Positions 36,582 to 47,429 of a DNA stretch of 64,000 nt are shown in pieces. The number at the start of each line of letters is the position of its first letter. The stretch's first letter is position 1. The position numbers were made by a program, and so were the translations under genes. Source of the DNA: Fidelibacterota bacterium MT.SAG.2 (GTDB taxonomy: Bacteria > Fidelibacterota > SORT01); contig SORU01000001.1 in the NCBI GenBank assembly GCA_004402915.1, forward strand, positions 24,908 to 88,907. The letters are read 5' to 3'. The notes below the pieces were generated by a model. It saw nothing but the letters and a program-made list of their open reading frames with translations, did no database searches and had not been told where the DNA came from.

Positions 36582-37511
36582 GTGGAGAGTAGTCACTCCG
36601 CAAGCGCAGTGATTATCGATCCAAGTGGTGAGATTCTTGCGGAGTACGGCGATAGTCAGATGCGTACATATATTCGATCAGCTGCAAAACCATTCCAGAT
36701 CATGCCGGCGCTTGAATTAGGTTTTCAATCGAAATTCGGTTTGAGTGATGAGGAGATAGCCGTTTGTTGTTCTTCGCATTCCGGAGAAACTGTCCATATA
36801 GAGAGAGTGCAGAGTGTTTTGCAAAAAACAGAAATAGATCCCTCTTCACTCAGGTGCGGAATACATCCTCCTTTGGGAGTGGAAGTGAGGCGAATGTTAA
36901 GAGTCTCCGGTGAGACTCCTACCGTGCTTCATAACAATTGCTCCGGTAAGCACTCGGCAATGCTCGCGACTGCAAAGATCAAAGGAGAGTCCCTTGAAGA
37001 TTATCTGAATCCTGATCATCCTGTCCAGCAGAGGATATTAGAAGTAATTGAAGAATTTTCAGAGGAAGAAAACATACATATAGGAGTCGATGGATGTTCA
37101 GCGCCCGTATATTATCTTCAAATTAAAAGTATTGCGATGATGTATCAAAAATTAGCTTCGGATAATGATAATGTGACCGTCAGCGATGTATGGGAGAAGA
37201 TGACATCAAATCCGCTTATGATAGCGGGAAGTGGACGGTTCGACAGCATACTGATGGAGGACGGGAAGGGAACTTTGTTGTCGAAGATGGGAGCTGAGGG
37301 AGTACAGTGCATGTCGCTTAAAACTCCGGCGGGTCCGGTAGGCTTGGCAGTGAAGGTGCATGACGGTACGCGCAGGGCTGTTCTTCCGGCTGTGTTATAC
37401 TTATTGGACAAATTCGGTTTTACTCCTGACGGCAACTATGATAGATTTAGAAAGCCTGAACTAAAAAACCATATGGGACTCATAGTAGGCAGGATAGAAG
37501 TCAGTGAGTAA
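36582..37511 (+). CDS. asparaginase-II family (Rhizobium-type) protein
   Basis: TYIRSAAKPFQIMPALELG and later GCSAP motifs fit the L-asparaginase II family. GTG start. Confidence 0.6.
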   Translation: MESSHSASAVIIDPSGEILAEYGDSQMRTYIRSAAKPFQIMPALELGFQSKFGLSDEEIAVCCSSHSGETVHIERVQSVLQKTEIDPSSLRCGIHPPLGVEVRRMLRVSGETPTVLHNNCSGKHSAMLATAKIKGESLEDYLNPDHPVQQRILEVIEEFSEEENIHIGVDGCSAPVYYLQIKSIAMMYQKLASDNDNVTVSDVWEKMTSNPLMIAGSGRFDSILMEDGKGTLLSKMGAEGVQCMSLKTPAGPVGLAVKVHDGTRRAVLPAVLYLLDKFGFTPDGNYDRFRKPELKNHMGLIVGRIEVSE

Positions 37512-37554
37512 TGGTCGGCGCAAAATTTTGCGATCTGATTCTTTAATATTCGTA

Positions 37555-37585
37555 TTGACAAGCATGTAGAACATGATTAGATTTG
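37555..37585 (+). promoter_or_regulatory. Bacteroidetes-type sigma-A promoter (TTG ... 20 nt ... TAGATTTG)
   Basis: TTGACA at 37555 and TAnnTTTG-like -7 box TAGATTTG at 37578-37585, about 50 nt upstream of the 37638 start. The spacing fits the Bacteroidetes consensus. Confidence 0.35.
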
Positions 37586-37637
37586 TGAGCCGGAAATATG
37601 GATTATATGAATTCAAGCATAGGATAACTACGAGTAA

Positions 37638-39881
37638 ATGATTCGTTATAGTAATTTTGTTCTGCTTTTTTTATTGTTTTTTGCGCAAACTTTAGAACTT
37701 AAAGCGCAACAGAGAGATAGAGCATCACGTCTTAGAAAAGCGGCGGTAGAACAAGCAAGGGCAACTGATATCGGAGCATTGGGTCTCACCATTACAAATT
37801 ACGGTACTTTAGGTGACGCATTTGTAGTACAACCTCTGAAAGACCTGCCATCGGCTGAATATCCGCTCGGTTCCGGGATTGAACATATGTTTGCCGGAGG
37901 ATTATGGGTAGGAGCGAAAACTTCATTAGGACAACTATTGGTAACAACGGGCGCGGTAGATGTCTCAAGTGCTGCTACACGTGTCACATCAGGTTTTGAA
38001 TTCACCAATACGGCAGATCCTGCAGATAAGCTGTTGGAACGTTCTACGATTATTGAATCACCCTTTTTTAGCCTTGACGCGATCAGTCACCAAGATTTTA
38101 TAGGCGATTTTGCAGACACAAATAAGACCATACCTGTCGTCGGTCTTGATCCGAACGAATGGGAGACTATCGCTGATCATAATCCTTTAGGAATTGACGT
38201 GCACTTAGAAACTTATGCTTGGAATTTTCCATTTGCTGATGCATTTGTAATACTGAACTATAGGATACGGAATGTCCGGGCGGATAGAACTCCTCTCGAA
38301 GATATTTATGTCGGGATTTGGGCTGATCTCGTTGTTAGAAATGTAAATGTCGCAGGATCAAAAAATGCCGATTTTTACAGTCATGTCGCCAGCGGATATA
38401 TTGATTCTCTTCAAATGGCTTATGCTTTCGATTACGATGGCGATCCCGGATTTACCGATGACGGTCTGTATATTGCGTTGAAGTTGATAGGCGCAACCGC
38501 ACAACCGACCGATGACGTTTATCGGTTTAAAACAAGGTACAACACCTGGTTCTTTAGGAATAACGATGATCCGTTTTTCTTTTCTCCTACGACAGATTCG
38601 TGGAACGGACCGGTACAGGGTCGCTATCAGAAAATGTCTATAGATAGTTTAATTACTGCGAATGATATTGTCCCGCTATTGGGAGGTCCGGGCAATTTTA
38701 TGACGCTCATTACTACGGGTCCGTTTGATTCTTTAGCTTGGGGTCTTGGAGAGGACTTGAACGGCAACTGGATTCTTGATTATGAATATGATGCCACCAC
38801 AGGTGAATTGATATTTACGGAGGATGCAAATGGAAACGGTTATTTGGATTCCGGTATCAACGTTGTATTTGTAATGGTAGCGGCATCAAAAGCAGGTACT
38901 GATGATAGAACGGAAGATACAATGGCGTCAAAAGCCAATCTTTTTACGAATGCATCATGGGCGACGAGGGCTTATGATGGCGAGGACAAGAACAAAAACA
39001 ACAGACTCGATGAGGGAGAAGATATCATCAACCCCGGTATTCTCGACCGTTATCTCCTTCCGACTCCACCGCTCTCTCCGAAGGTAAAAATTATACCGGG
39101 CGACGGTGAGGTGGATATTTATTGGAATAATAAATCTAAATTTTCAGTTGATCTGCTTTCGGGAGAAAAGGATTTTGAGGGCTACAGGGTATATAGAACA
39201 ATAGTTGCCGCAGATGGAGCGGGTAGTAATCTCTTAGGAACATTTTCGCCGATTTTACAAGTTGATAAAATTAATTTGATCGGATATGATACGGGCTTTG
39301 ATGTTATCGAGTTGAAGGAGCCTATTACATTTCCGGGAGATACAACCGCTTATCAATACTGGATAAAAGACACAAACCTTAATAACGGTTGGCAGTATGC
39401 GTACGCCGTTACCGCTTTTGACAGAGGGGATGCAGCGAATAATCTGGGCAGCTTGGAGACTTCCAAAAGACCGACAACCGTGAACGTGTTCCCCGGCGCT
39501 GCGCCGACTTCGACGAGGACTGATTCAAAAGTCGGAGTATATCCCAATCCATATAGGGTCAATGCCAGGTGGGATGGGTCTTTAGAACGCGATAGGAAGC
39601 TGTATTTCTTCGATCTTCCGGCGGAATGTGAAATACGAATTTATACAATGACCGGTGATCTTGTGGATAGAATAGAACATAGTGCCGCTACATACGCCGG
39701 TGAGGACATACAATGGTTTGAATCCTTTGCAACGGGAACGCCCAAATTTTCAGGCGGAGAACATGCATGGAATCTTGTAAGCAAAGATGATCAGGCTATC
39801 GCAACGGGATTGTATATTTATACCGTTAAGGACCATTCCAACGGTAATATACAGCGAGGCAAGTTTTTAGTTATTAAATAA
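37638..39881 (+). CDS. secreted protein with T9SS type-A C-terminal sorting domain, function unknown
   Basis: Signal peptide ELKA|QQRD. C-terminus VYPNPYRVNARWDG...GLYIYTVKDHSNGNIQRGKFLVIK matches the T9SS CTD pattern. Confidence 0.6.
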   Translation: MIRYSNFVLLFLLFFAQTLELKAQQRDRASRLRKAAVEQARATDIGALGLTITNYGTLGDAFVVQPLKDLPSAEYPLGSGIEHMFAGGLWVGAKTSLGQLLVTTGAVDVSSAATRVTSGFEFTNTADPADKLLERSTIIESPFFSLDAISHQDFIGDFADTNKTIPVVGLDPNEWETIADHNPLGIDVHLETYAWNFPFADAFVILNYRIRNVRADRTPLEDIYVGIWADLVVRNVNVAGSKNADFYSHVASGYIDSLQMAYAFDYDGDPGFTDDGLYIALKLIGATAQPTDDVYRFKTRYNTWFFRNNDDPFFFSPTTDSWNGPVQGRYQKMSIDSLITANDIVPLLGGPGNFMTLITTGPFDSLAWGLGEDLNGNWILDYEYDATTGELIFTEDANGNGYLDSGINVVFVMVAASKAGTDDRTEDTMASKANLFTNASWATRAYDGEDKNKNNRLDEGEDIINPGILDRYLLPTPPLSPKVKIIPGDGEVDIYWNNKSKFSVDLLSGEKDFEGYRVYRTIVAADGAGSNLLGTFSPILQVDKINLIGYDTGFDVIELKEPITFPGDTTAYQYWIKDTNLNNGWQYAYAVTAFDRGDAANNLGSLETSKRPTTVNVFPGAAPTSTRTDSKVGVYPNPYRVNARWDGSLERDRKLYFFDLPAECEIRIYTMTGDLVDRIEHSAATYAGEDIQWFESFATGTPKFSGGEHAWNLVSKDDQAIATGLYIYTVKDHSNGNIQRGKFLVIK

Positions 39882-39926
39882 GTAACGCAAGGATTTATAA
39901 TTATAATAAAAATCGGAGGCAACAAG

Positions 39927-41960
39927 ATGAAATCGCTACAGTTAATATTATTATGCGGAGTTATACTAAGCACATCCATTGCATTTTCGCAAACATATCC
40001 GCTAAAAACATTTAGAGAGGTACAGGAACCTACTGATATGAGCGTCACCGATGCTTCTCCTCTCTTGGGAGATACAATACGTGTAAGCGGTGTAGCCGCC
40101 ACCGGTCCCCGTGATATCTGGATCGGAGCACGGTGGTCTTTTTTTCTTGTAGATACGGCTGGCGGTCCCTGGAGCAGCTTGCAAATTGTACAGCATGACT
40201 CTTTTGCGACAGATACAGATGTCGGGTTAGTAGAGCCGGGATTCGGTATCATAGTGACGGGAATAGTAGAAGAATTTCAAAGTGCCACGCAGCTGGCAGT
40301 TCTTACGAACCCGGTTGTGGCGGTGGAATTCATAGATCAGATCACATTGGGAACATTTCCACAGAGACCGGTTGAGATTAGCATGGAGCTGTTGCAAGAT
40401 ACATCAACAGGTGAACAGTATGAGGAGGTATTGGTAAAGCTCTCAAACGTGATCATGCTAAATAACGATGTAGGTAGTGGTGAAGCGTTGATAGGATCAT
40501 CCGACGGCGCTTTTCAGATATCGTTAGAGGATTGGAATAGAGAGATCTATGATTGTTTTCAAGCCAATAGCTGCAGCTGGCCGCCAAACAGCTTTCCGAT
40601 GGATGTTGTCGGGTACATAAGAGATAAGACTAATGATGCACCGGGAGCCAGATTTATGATAGCCCCATGGAGCTTAGATCTGCCTTATATTGATGTGCTT
40701 GCCAAGCCGCCTATAATTTCCAATATACTTCGTGATCCGGCCGTGCCTTCAAGTACAGATGCAGTTACAGTTACCGCCGGTATTCTCGACGATGGGGCTG
40801 TTGAGGCTGCTTCACTCCATTACAGCGTTGACAATGGAGCGTATGTGGAAGTGCCTATGTCTTCACCGAGTCCTGACTTTTATTCCGGGACCGTTCCGGC
40901 GCAAAGTGAAAACTCATTGGTAAAATATTATATAAACTCGATCGATGATGAAGAGTTTGGTTCGATCTCTCCCGGAGATACTGCACGGGCGCCATTGTTT
41001 TACATAGTTCGTGACGGCGCTCTCACTATTCATGACATACAGTATAATCCGTTCGGCAGCAGCAATTCCGGTTATGAGAATATGGAAGTAACAACGACTG
41101 GAATCGTCACATCCGATTCCATACAATATGGGAACTATTGGATTCAGGATGGTAATGGAGCCTGGAGCGGTCTTCAAATAAATGATTTCCTGAATAATCC
41201 GAGCCCGGGAGATTTGGTTCAAGTGACAGGCATTGTGAATGAAAATTTCGGGTTCACTCGATTGGATGCCATCGTCAGCGGCAGCTATTCTGTCCTGAGC
41301 ACAGGCAATCCAGTTCCTGAACCGAGGGTTTTCAGTACGGGAGATATAAACACTAACGCCGATAGCGCTGAGGCATATGAGAGTGTTTTAATTGAGGTTC
41401 GTGATGTCATCGTAAGTAATGAGTTACCCGATGATCCGGGTAATTTCGGTGAGTTTTCAGTGGATGACGGTTCCGGAGAGATACGAGTCGATGATCTCTC
41501 TCCTGTCTTCGACGGAAACAATAATCTTGAATACTCAAACGGTGACACCATAATATATTTACGCGGATACCTGCTTTGGTCGTTCGGTAACTTTAAAATA
41601 GTACCAAGAGATACAAATGATGTGGAAAGGGGCGGCAAATTTATTTCAGTGAAAGACGAAGGCGGTATAATGCCCGAAGAGTATATGCTCTCGCAAAACT
41701 ATCCGAATCCGTTCAACCCTCAGACCGAAATAAACTATTCACTTCCGGTGACGGGTGAAGTGAGGCTGACAGTCTATAATCTACTTGGTCAGAGGGTAGT
41801 GACCATTGTTAATGAGATTCAGCAAGCCGGTAATTACAGGGCTTCATGGAATGGACATGATGAATTCGGAAAGTCAGTTTCAAGTGGAATTTACCTGTAT
41901 AACCTGAATGTGAGTAACGGTAAATTCTCCGAGACCAAAAAAATGTTGCTGTTAAAGTAA
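39927..41960 (+). CDS. secreted protein with canonical T9SS type-A C-terminal sorting domain, function unknown
   Basis: Signal peptide IAFS|QTYP. C-terminus LSQNYPNPFNPQTEINYSLPVTGEVRLTVYNLLGQRVVTIVNE...GNYRASWNG...SSGIYLYNLNVSNGKFSETKKMLLLK. Confidence 0.7.
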   Translation: MKSLQLILLCGVILSTSIAFSQTYPLKTFREVQEPTDMSVTDASPLLGDTIRVSGVAATGPRDIWIGARWSFFLVDTAGGPWSSLQIVQHDSFATDTDVGLVEPGFGIIVTGIVEEFQSATQLAVLTNPVVAVEFIDQITLGTFPQRPVEISMELLQDTSTGEQYEEVLVKLSNVIMLNNDVGSGEALIGSSDGAFQISLEDWNREIYDCFQANSCSWPPNSFPMDVVGYIRDKTNDAPGARFMIAPWSLDLPYIDVLAKPPIISNILRDPAVPSSTDAVTVTAGILDDGAVEAASLHYSVDNGAYVEVPMSSPSPDFYSGTVPAQSENSLVKYYINSIDDEEFGSISPGDTARAPLFYIVRDGALTIHDIQYNPFGSSNSGYENMEVTTTGIVTSDSIQYGNYWIQDGNGAWSGLQINDFLNNPSPGDLVQVTGIVNENFGFTRLDAIVSGSYSVLSTGNPVPEPRVFSTGDINTNADSAEAYESVLIEVRDVIVSNELPDDPGNFGEFSVDDGSGEIRVDDLSPVFDGNNNLEYSNGDTIIYLRGYLLWSFGNFKIVPRDTNDVERGGKFISVKDEGGIMPEEYMLSQNYPNPFNPQTEINYSLPVTGEVRLTVYNLLGQRVVTIVNEIQQAGNYRASWNGHDEFGKSVSSGIYLYNLNVSNGKFSETKKMLLLK

Positions 41961-41977
41961 AAGAATATGACCATTAT

Positions 41978-42001
41978 CCCCTCCTTTGATAAAAGGAGGG
42001 G
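41978..42001 (+). terminator. hairpin CCCCTCCTTT-GATA-AAAGGAGGGG after the cargo gene (possible terminator)
   Basis: 10-bp perfect stem read directly. No strong U tract follows. Confidence 0.3.
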
Positions 42002-42028
42002 AAGGTGGGCTTACCTTTATAACAATAA

Positions 42029-43591
42029 ATGATAGATAAAAAATATAAAATGAAACGAGTTTTACTTCTCGCAGCGCTGGCTATGGTGACACTCTCCTGT
42101 GATGACAGCATTGTGGATGTTCTAAAAGAAAACAAAGCTCCCGTAGTTTCTGTTTTTCTGTCGGCAGACTCGGTTGAATCGCTCAACAGAACTTCGAGCA
42201 ATCAGATATTGTATTGGGACGGAAAAGACCCTGATGGATTGGTTGTCGGGTTTTATTACACTTTTGGAAATACAGATAATCCTTCTAATTGGGTTTTTCT
42301 TGATGATTCGACAGCTGAAGGACCTGAGTTAATGAATAGCGACAGCGCCAATTGGCGGTTCACGACAGCCCGATCCGACACGTTTTCATTGGAGATACTT
42401 ACAGACACAGTCACCTACACATTCAGCGTTCTTGCAGTTGATGATCAAAATAAATTGAGCGATGAACCGGCGAGTATAAAACTGCCGATCAAAAATTCCA
42501 GACCGGAGCTCTTCTTCTTAAACGAAGTAGATTTTTCAAGCTCGACGGTGAAGATCCCGGACAGAACCTTTACAATCGCTTCATTCGCATGGGTTGTCAC
42601 GGACCTGGACGGCGAAGATACCATAGACAAATTTCAATATGCTATAACCGACAGTGGATCTACGGCTGATACAATATGGGTCGACATTAGTCCGACTAAA
42701 AGATCGATAATACTATCGGGTACACAATATGAAACCGATGCGGATGTGACATTCGATGACAGGATGACTGAGGGTCTTCACGCTTTCCACCTACGTGCTG
42801 TAGATGTTGCCGGCGCCGCGAGCGATACCAAAAGACTTCCGGAAGATGAGGAAGAATATTGGTACGTCGAAGAGCCTGCGAGAGACATACTGCTCGTTGA
42901 TGATTGGGCTACAAACTCGTCTGACGGAAGAGCGCTTTATACGCAAATATTGGACTCTCTGCGCAGCATAAAGGCGGGAAGAGAATATTCGATCTTAAAC
43001 CTCAAGCCTCAAAATTCAGAATATTTACTCTCTAAATCCGCGTTGAGGGAGACGATAAAACTATTTAAAGCGGTCATTTGGTATTCGGATGTCAATCCGA
43101 AATTAGATGAAGCATCTGTAGCGCTCGGTGATTACAGTAAAAATGGCGGGAAAGTTATATTCTCCACCCTGTTCTCTCAATTCGGAAGCAACAGGGGTGA
43201 CCCGCTTGAATTCACGCCTGTAGACAGTTTTGATGTTATAAGGGACACTACTTCAAATGCACGGGAAGTGGGATTAATATTTCGAAGCTGGAATGTTGCT
43301 GTTTGGCCTGATACATTGATTACCGCTGAATTTCCGGATACTTTGCTTCCCGATTTTGCCCAATTTGCATCAATAATTCCGTCACCGAAAATGCTTGTAC
43401 CAAAATCCTCTTCACGGGTCTTATACCGGTATCAGGCATTACCACGGAGATATGCCGGAATGCCGGCTGTGATTGTTGAGGATGCTAATAAGTCGTTCAT
43501 TCTCTGCAGCATTCCGCTGCACTATTTTAACGGCGGTAAGAACTTAGGTAAATTGATAGATCTCTTTCTAACAACAGAGTTTGGATTGTAG
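42029..43591 (+). CDS. hypothetical lipoprotein (Ig-like N-terminal repeats, alpha/beta C-terminal part)
   Basis: Lipobox VTLSCDDS. 520 aa. Stop is 10 nt before the TBDR start. The true start is probably the MKRVLLL Met at 42050. Confidence 0.45.
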   Translation: MIDKKYKMKRVLLLAALAMVTLSCDDSIVDVLKENKAPVVSVFLSADSVESLNRTSSNQILYWDGKDPDGLVVGFYYTFGNTDNPSNWVFLDDSTAEGPELMNSDSANWRFTTARSDTFSLEILTDTVTYTFSVLAVDDQNKLSDEPASIKLPIKNSRPELFFLNEVDFSSSTVKIPDRTFTIASFAWVVTDLDGEDTIDKFQYAITDSGSTADTIWVDISPTKRSIILSGTQYETDADVTFDDRMTEGLHAFHLRAVDVAGAASDTKRLPEDEEEYWYVEEPARDILLVDDWATNSSDGRALYTQILDSLRSIKAGREYSILNLKPQNSEYLLSKSALRETIKLFKAVIWYSDVNPKLDEASVALGDYSKNGGKVIFSTLFSQFGSNRGDPLEFTPVDSFDVIRDTTSNAREVGLIFRSWNVAVWPDTLITAEFPDTLLPDFAQFASIIPSPKMLVPKSSSRVLYRYQALPRRYAGMPAVIVEDANKSFILCSIPLHYFNGGKNLGKLIDLFLTTEFGL

Positions 43592-43600
43592 GATCAGGGA

Positions 43601-46447
43601 GTGAAAATAAATTTCTTAAATCTGGAAATCAGTTTGACAGCAATTCTGCTGCTGACATTTTTAATCGGCGGAGATCTTCTCGCTCAACCGAGGGGGCAGC
43701 TAAGCGGACGGGTTATTGACTCCGAGAACGGAGAACCGATGCCGGGAGTAAATATAGTTTTGCCGGGAACCTATCACGGCGCCGCTTCCGGTCTCGACGG
43801 TGAATTTTCGATTAGAGGTGTCAGCGCCGGCGAGTATACCGTGAGATTTCAGTTTATCGGTTATACAACAGTCGAGGTAACCGGTGTGAAGATAACCGCG
43901 GGTCTGACTCGGACTCTTAACGCAGAAATGAACCAGACCGTGTTAGCGGCGGGACAGGAAATAGTGGTTATAGGAAAGAAAGCCCTCTTTGACATTGAAG
44001 AGACAGCAAGCCGCAGGGCGATCTCTGCGGATGAAATTGCCAATTCGGTAGTTGAAAGCACGCAAGATATTGTAGGAAATCAGGTCGGCGTTGTGATGTC
44101 TGATAATGAAATTCATATCAGAGGAGGTAGGTCGTATGAAAACGCGTATCTGCTCGACGGAATATCTATTCAGGACCCCCTGTCGGGAACAGGATTCGGA
44201 CTGCAGCTCAGCACAAATGCGATTGAAGAGATTGAAATTATAACGGGTGGATTCGCCGCAGAATATGGGCAGGCGATGTCAGGAATCATCAACGTTAAAA
44301 CAAAACAAGGCACGGATATATATCACGGATCCCTTTCTTATAAAACGGATAACTTTGGATTGTATGACAGCAGTTCACAATTCAATTTTAACACGGATGT
44401 TGTTGAAATGAGCATTGACGGACCCGATCCTTTTTTCGGAGTTTTGTTCCCGATGTTAGGGTTTGATCTCCCCGGCAAGCAGACTTTCTTCGCAAACAGT
44501 TACATGTTCATTTCAGATGACTTTACGAAATTCTCAGCGGATACGCTGATTTCTTCCACATTTCATGGTATAAAATACGCGCCACGGCAAAATAATAATT
44601 GGTCCGCAATGCTCAAGTACACCTGGACCATTACGCCTAAGCACAAATTGCAATATACTTATAATGCTTCTGTGAGCATAAATCAGAATACACAGAGCCT
44701 GCAATCAAATTTGGAATTTGTCCCGCCGGGTCCCGGCTATCCGTATCGGTTCCAAAACAATCTGAATAATTTTAATACATTCACCCATTTGAATCGTCAA
44801 ACCGGGTTGGGGTGGACACATACGTTAGGCTCAAGAACATTTTATGAGGTAAAGCTCAGTAATTTCTTCACTAATCTTCGAAGTGACGTTGGCGGAAAGC
44901 TCTGGAATGAGTTTATCGAACCGAAGGATATCGTCACATTTCCTATAGTGTATATAGACACTGATACAAATAGGATATTGGTATTTCCCGGAGATGGTTT
45001 TTACGATTTCGGGAACGGAGACACTTGGCACGACCATTGGGTGGACGAGTATACGCTAAAAGCGGACATTACTCACCAGAAGAACGAACGTCAGGAGATC
45101 AAGGCGGGAGTGGAGCTTTCATATCAGGAGATGCAGCTATTCGATATCCTGAATCCCTGGGAAGGACCGTTAGGAAAGAACAACGATTTTTATAAGGTTT
45201 ACCCAAGCTTCGGCGGAATTTATATTCAGGAAAAAATAGTGATGCAGGGACTTGTAGCGAATATAGGTCTTAGATTTGATTATTGGTTTCCCGGCAAATA
45301 TGTGGAACGCGCCGTAGCTGATACCAATATCGTTACGATCTCACCCGGTACGAGAACAGCTTTTGAAAATGATACCTTCGGTCTGTTCGGAAGACGATGG
45401 AAAGGGCGTATAAGCCCGAGATTAGGGATCTCTCATCCGGTGTCGGATAAACAGGTACTCTTCTTTAGTTATGGGCATTTCTCCAAAAGACCGAAACCAC
45501 AATTTGTGTACGCAAAACTCGGCAAAATTTCATCCAAAACTTCATCCCCTGTCTTCGGCAATCCGAATCTTGATCCTGAGACTACCGTTTCCTATGAACT
45601 TGGAGTGAAGAATCGCTTTACCGAAGATGACGTGCTTACAATTACAGCGTTTTACAAGGATATCTTTGATTACATCACTACCATTCCTGTACCCGGAACC
45701 GGCAGATTCAGGAAGCAGACATTCATTACATATTTAAACCTTGATTACTCCAGGGTCAGGGGCATAGAGATGGAATATAGAACGAGGGCGGGCACTCATC
45801 TCTCGGGTTCTGTAAACGGTTCATATTCTATCTCTACAGGTAAAAGCTCCTCTCCCGATGATGCCGCTCTTGTCCAGCGGGGCGATCGACCGGAGAGAAG
45901 GATCACCGAGGATTTTCTAATATGGGACAGACCTTGGCAAGGATCTATAAATTTGAATTACCGTATTACAGAAGGGAATAATCCCGAACTGTTCGGCATA
46001 AAACTGCCGGATAAATGGAATCTGAACTTCCGTTACTTTGCTCAGGCAGGCAAGCGTTACAGACCTATAGTGGCTACCGGCGATTCTCTTCGAAACAACA
46101 GACCTATATATACGCGTGATATAGATGGTGATGGTTACGATGATGATATTTACGCTAATGTTGCCGAACATTGGGCTTGGGCAAATCTAAATATCGAGAA
46201 ATGGTATAACGTCGGCGGAAAAGAGGTTTCCATATTTTTGGAAGTGCTGAATCTTTTCAACAGGAAAAATTCAAATATTATTAATCCTGTTACAGGAAGA
46301 GCATATGAATTAGGAGATCCGACACCAACAAGCTGGAACGATCCATTATTCCCTGAAACCCAAGCGCCGGTTTCTCCGTTTCCGTTTAACCCCGCCCGGT
46401 ACCTAAACCAAAGAAACTTGAAGGTCGGAGTTAGATTTGTCTGGTAA
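43601..46447 (+). CDS. TonB-dependent receptor-type outer-membrane barrel with N-terminal CarbopepD-regulatory-like domain
   Basis: Signal DLLA|QPRG. GRVIDSENGEPMPGVNIVLPGTYHGAASGLDGEFSIRGVSAGEYTVRFQFIGY is CarbopepD_reg. Plug motif EIHIRGGRSYENAYLLDGISIQDPLSG. C-terminal GVRFVW. Confidence 0.75.
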   Translation: MKINFLNLEISLTAILLLTFLIGGDLLAQPRGQLSGRVIDSENGEPMPGVNIVLPGTYHGAASGLDGEFSIRGVSAGEYTVRFQFIGYTTVEVTGVKITAGLTRTLNAEMNQTVLAAGQEIVVIGKKALFDIEETASRRAISADEIANSVVESTQDIVGNQVGVVMSDNEIHIRGGRSYENAYLLDGISIQDPLSGTGFGLQLSTNAIEEIEIITGGFAAEYGQAMSGIINVKTKQGTDIYHGSLSYKTDNFGLYDSSSQFNFNTDVVEMSIDGPDPFFGVLFPMLGFDLPGKQTFFANSYMFISDDFTKFSADTLISSTFHGIKYAPRQNNNWSAMLKYTWTITPKHKLQYTYNASVSINQNTQSLQSNLEFVPPGPGYPYRFQNNLNNFNTFTHLNRQTGLGWTHTLGSRTFYEVKLSNFFTNLRSDVGGKLWNEFIEPKDIVTFPIVYIDTDTNRILVFPGDGFYDFGNGDTWHDHWVDEYTLKADITHQKNERQEIKAGVELSYQEMQLFDILNPWEGPLGKNNDFYKVYPSFGGIYIQEKIVMQGLVANIGLRFDYWFPGKYVERAVADTNIVTISPGTRTAFENDTFGLFGRRWKGRISPRLGISHPVSDKQVLFFSYGHFSKRPKPQFVYAKLGKISSKTSSPVFGNPNLDPETTVSYELGVKNRFTEDDVLTITAFYKDIFDYITTIPVPGTGRFRKQTFITYLNLDYSRVRGIEMEYRTRAGTHLSGSVNGSYSISTGKSSSPDDAALVQRGDRPERRITEDFLIWDRPWQGSINLNYRITEGNNPELFGIKLPDKWNLNFRYFAQAGKRYRPIVATGDSLRNNRPIYTRDIDGDGYDDDIYANVAEHWAWANLNIEKWYNVGGKEVSIFLEVLNLFNRKNSNIINPVTGRAYELGDPTPTSWNDPLFPETQAPVSPFPFNPARYLNQRNLKVGVRFVW

Positions 46448-47429
46448 AATTTTCAAACAGATTTTTATTTCAGCTTTTATTCTGTTATCGGTTGAACAGT
46501 CCGTAGCGCAATTGGTACCGGTTCTTGGCGGTCAGCGCGCAGGCACGGCAGCAGCCCAATTTCTTAAGATAGGTGTAGGAGCTCGGGCTACCGCTATGGG
46601 AGATGCTTTTGTTGCTGTGGCGGATGATGCCACAGCTCTATATTGGAATCCCGCGGGAATCGTTCAGTTCGAGAATAACCAAATTACCCTGAGCCATATT
46701 GACTGGCTTGTAGATATGAAGCACGAATTTATCGGTTACGTACACAAACTCAATTCCGCAAGCAGCATAGGTTTTCAATTCACTTCCCTGCACATGGAAG
46801 ATATGCCGGTTACAACTGAATTTCAGCAGCGTGGTACAGGTGAATATTTCACATTTAGCGATATCCTTTTGGGAGTCACATTTGCGTCCAGGCTTACGGA
46901 CAAATTCAGTTTCGGAGCTACGCTAAAATATTTCGATGAAACGTTGGATGTCCTGTCTATGAATGGAGTTCTTGTAGATCTCGGCACATACTATAAAGTA
47001 GGCATAGGTTCTGCCCGATTTGCCGTTGCAGTAACCAATTTCGGCGGTCAGGTGGAGCCGAGCGGAAGTATAAGGCAGAATGACGGGACGGAAATAACAG
47101 AATTTCAATCTTTTAATCCACCCACCCTGTTTAGAATTGCATACGCGCAAGAACTGTTCGAAAATGAGAAAAACAAGTTGACCTCCTCGATACAGCTGAG
47201 TCATCCGAATGATAATTCAGAAAACATAAATATCGGACTCGAATATTGGTGGGATAAACAAATAGCGCTCCGGGGCGGATACAAACTGAACGTAGATGAA
47301 GAAAGTCTCTCTTTGGGCGCAGGTGTGAATACATCCGTCGCCGGTTATAGCGTTGCCATAGATTATTCCTATTCGAATTTCAGTATTCTCGGCGATGTGA
47401 ACCGCTTCTCCTTTAACATAGGTTTTTAG
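46437..47429 (+). CDS. PorV/PorQ-family T9SS-associated outer-membrane beta-barrel protein (paralog 3)
   Basis: Signal SVA|QLVP. Motif LKIGVGARATAMGDAFVAVADDATALYWNPAGI. Ends in FNIGF. TTG start overlaps the TBDR stop by 11 nt. Confidence 0.55.
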   Translation: MSGKIFKQIFISAFILLSVEQSVAQLVPVLGGQRAGTAAAQFLKIGVGARATAMGDAFVAVADDATALYWNPAGIVQFENNQITLSHIDWLVDMKHEFIGYVHKLNSASSIGFQFTSLHMEDMPVTTEFQQRGTGEYFTFSDILLGVTFASRLTDKFSFGATLKYFDETLDVLSMNGVLVDLGTYYKVGIGSARFAVAVTNFGGQVEPSGSIRQNDGTEITEFQSFNPPTLFRIAYAQELFENEKNKLTSSIQLSHPNDNSENINIGLEYWWDKQIALRGGYKLNVDEESLSLGAGVNTSVAGYSVAIDYSYSNFSILGDVNRFSFNIGF

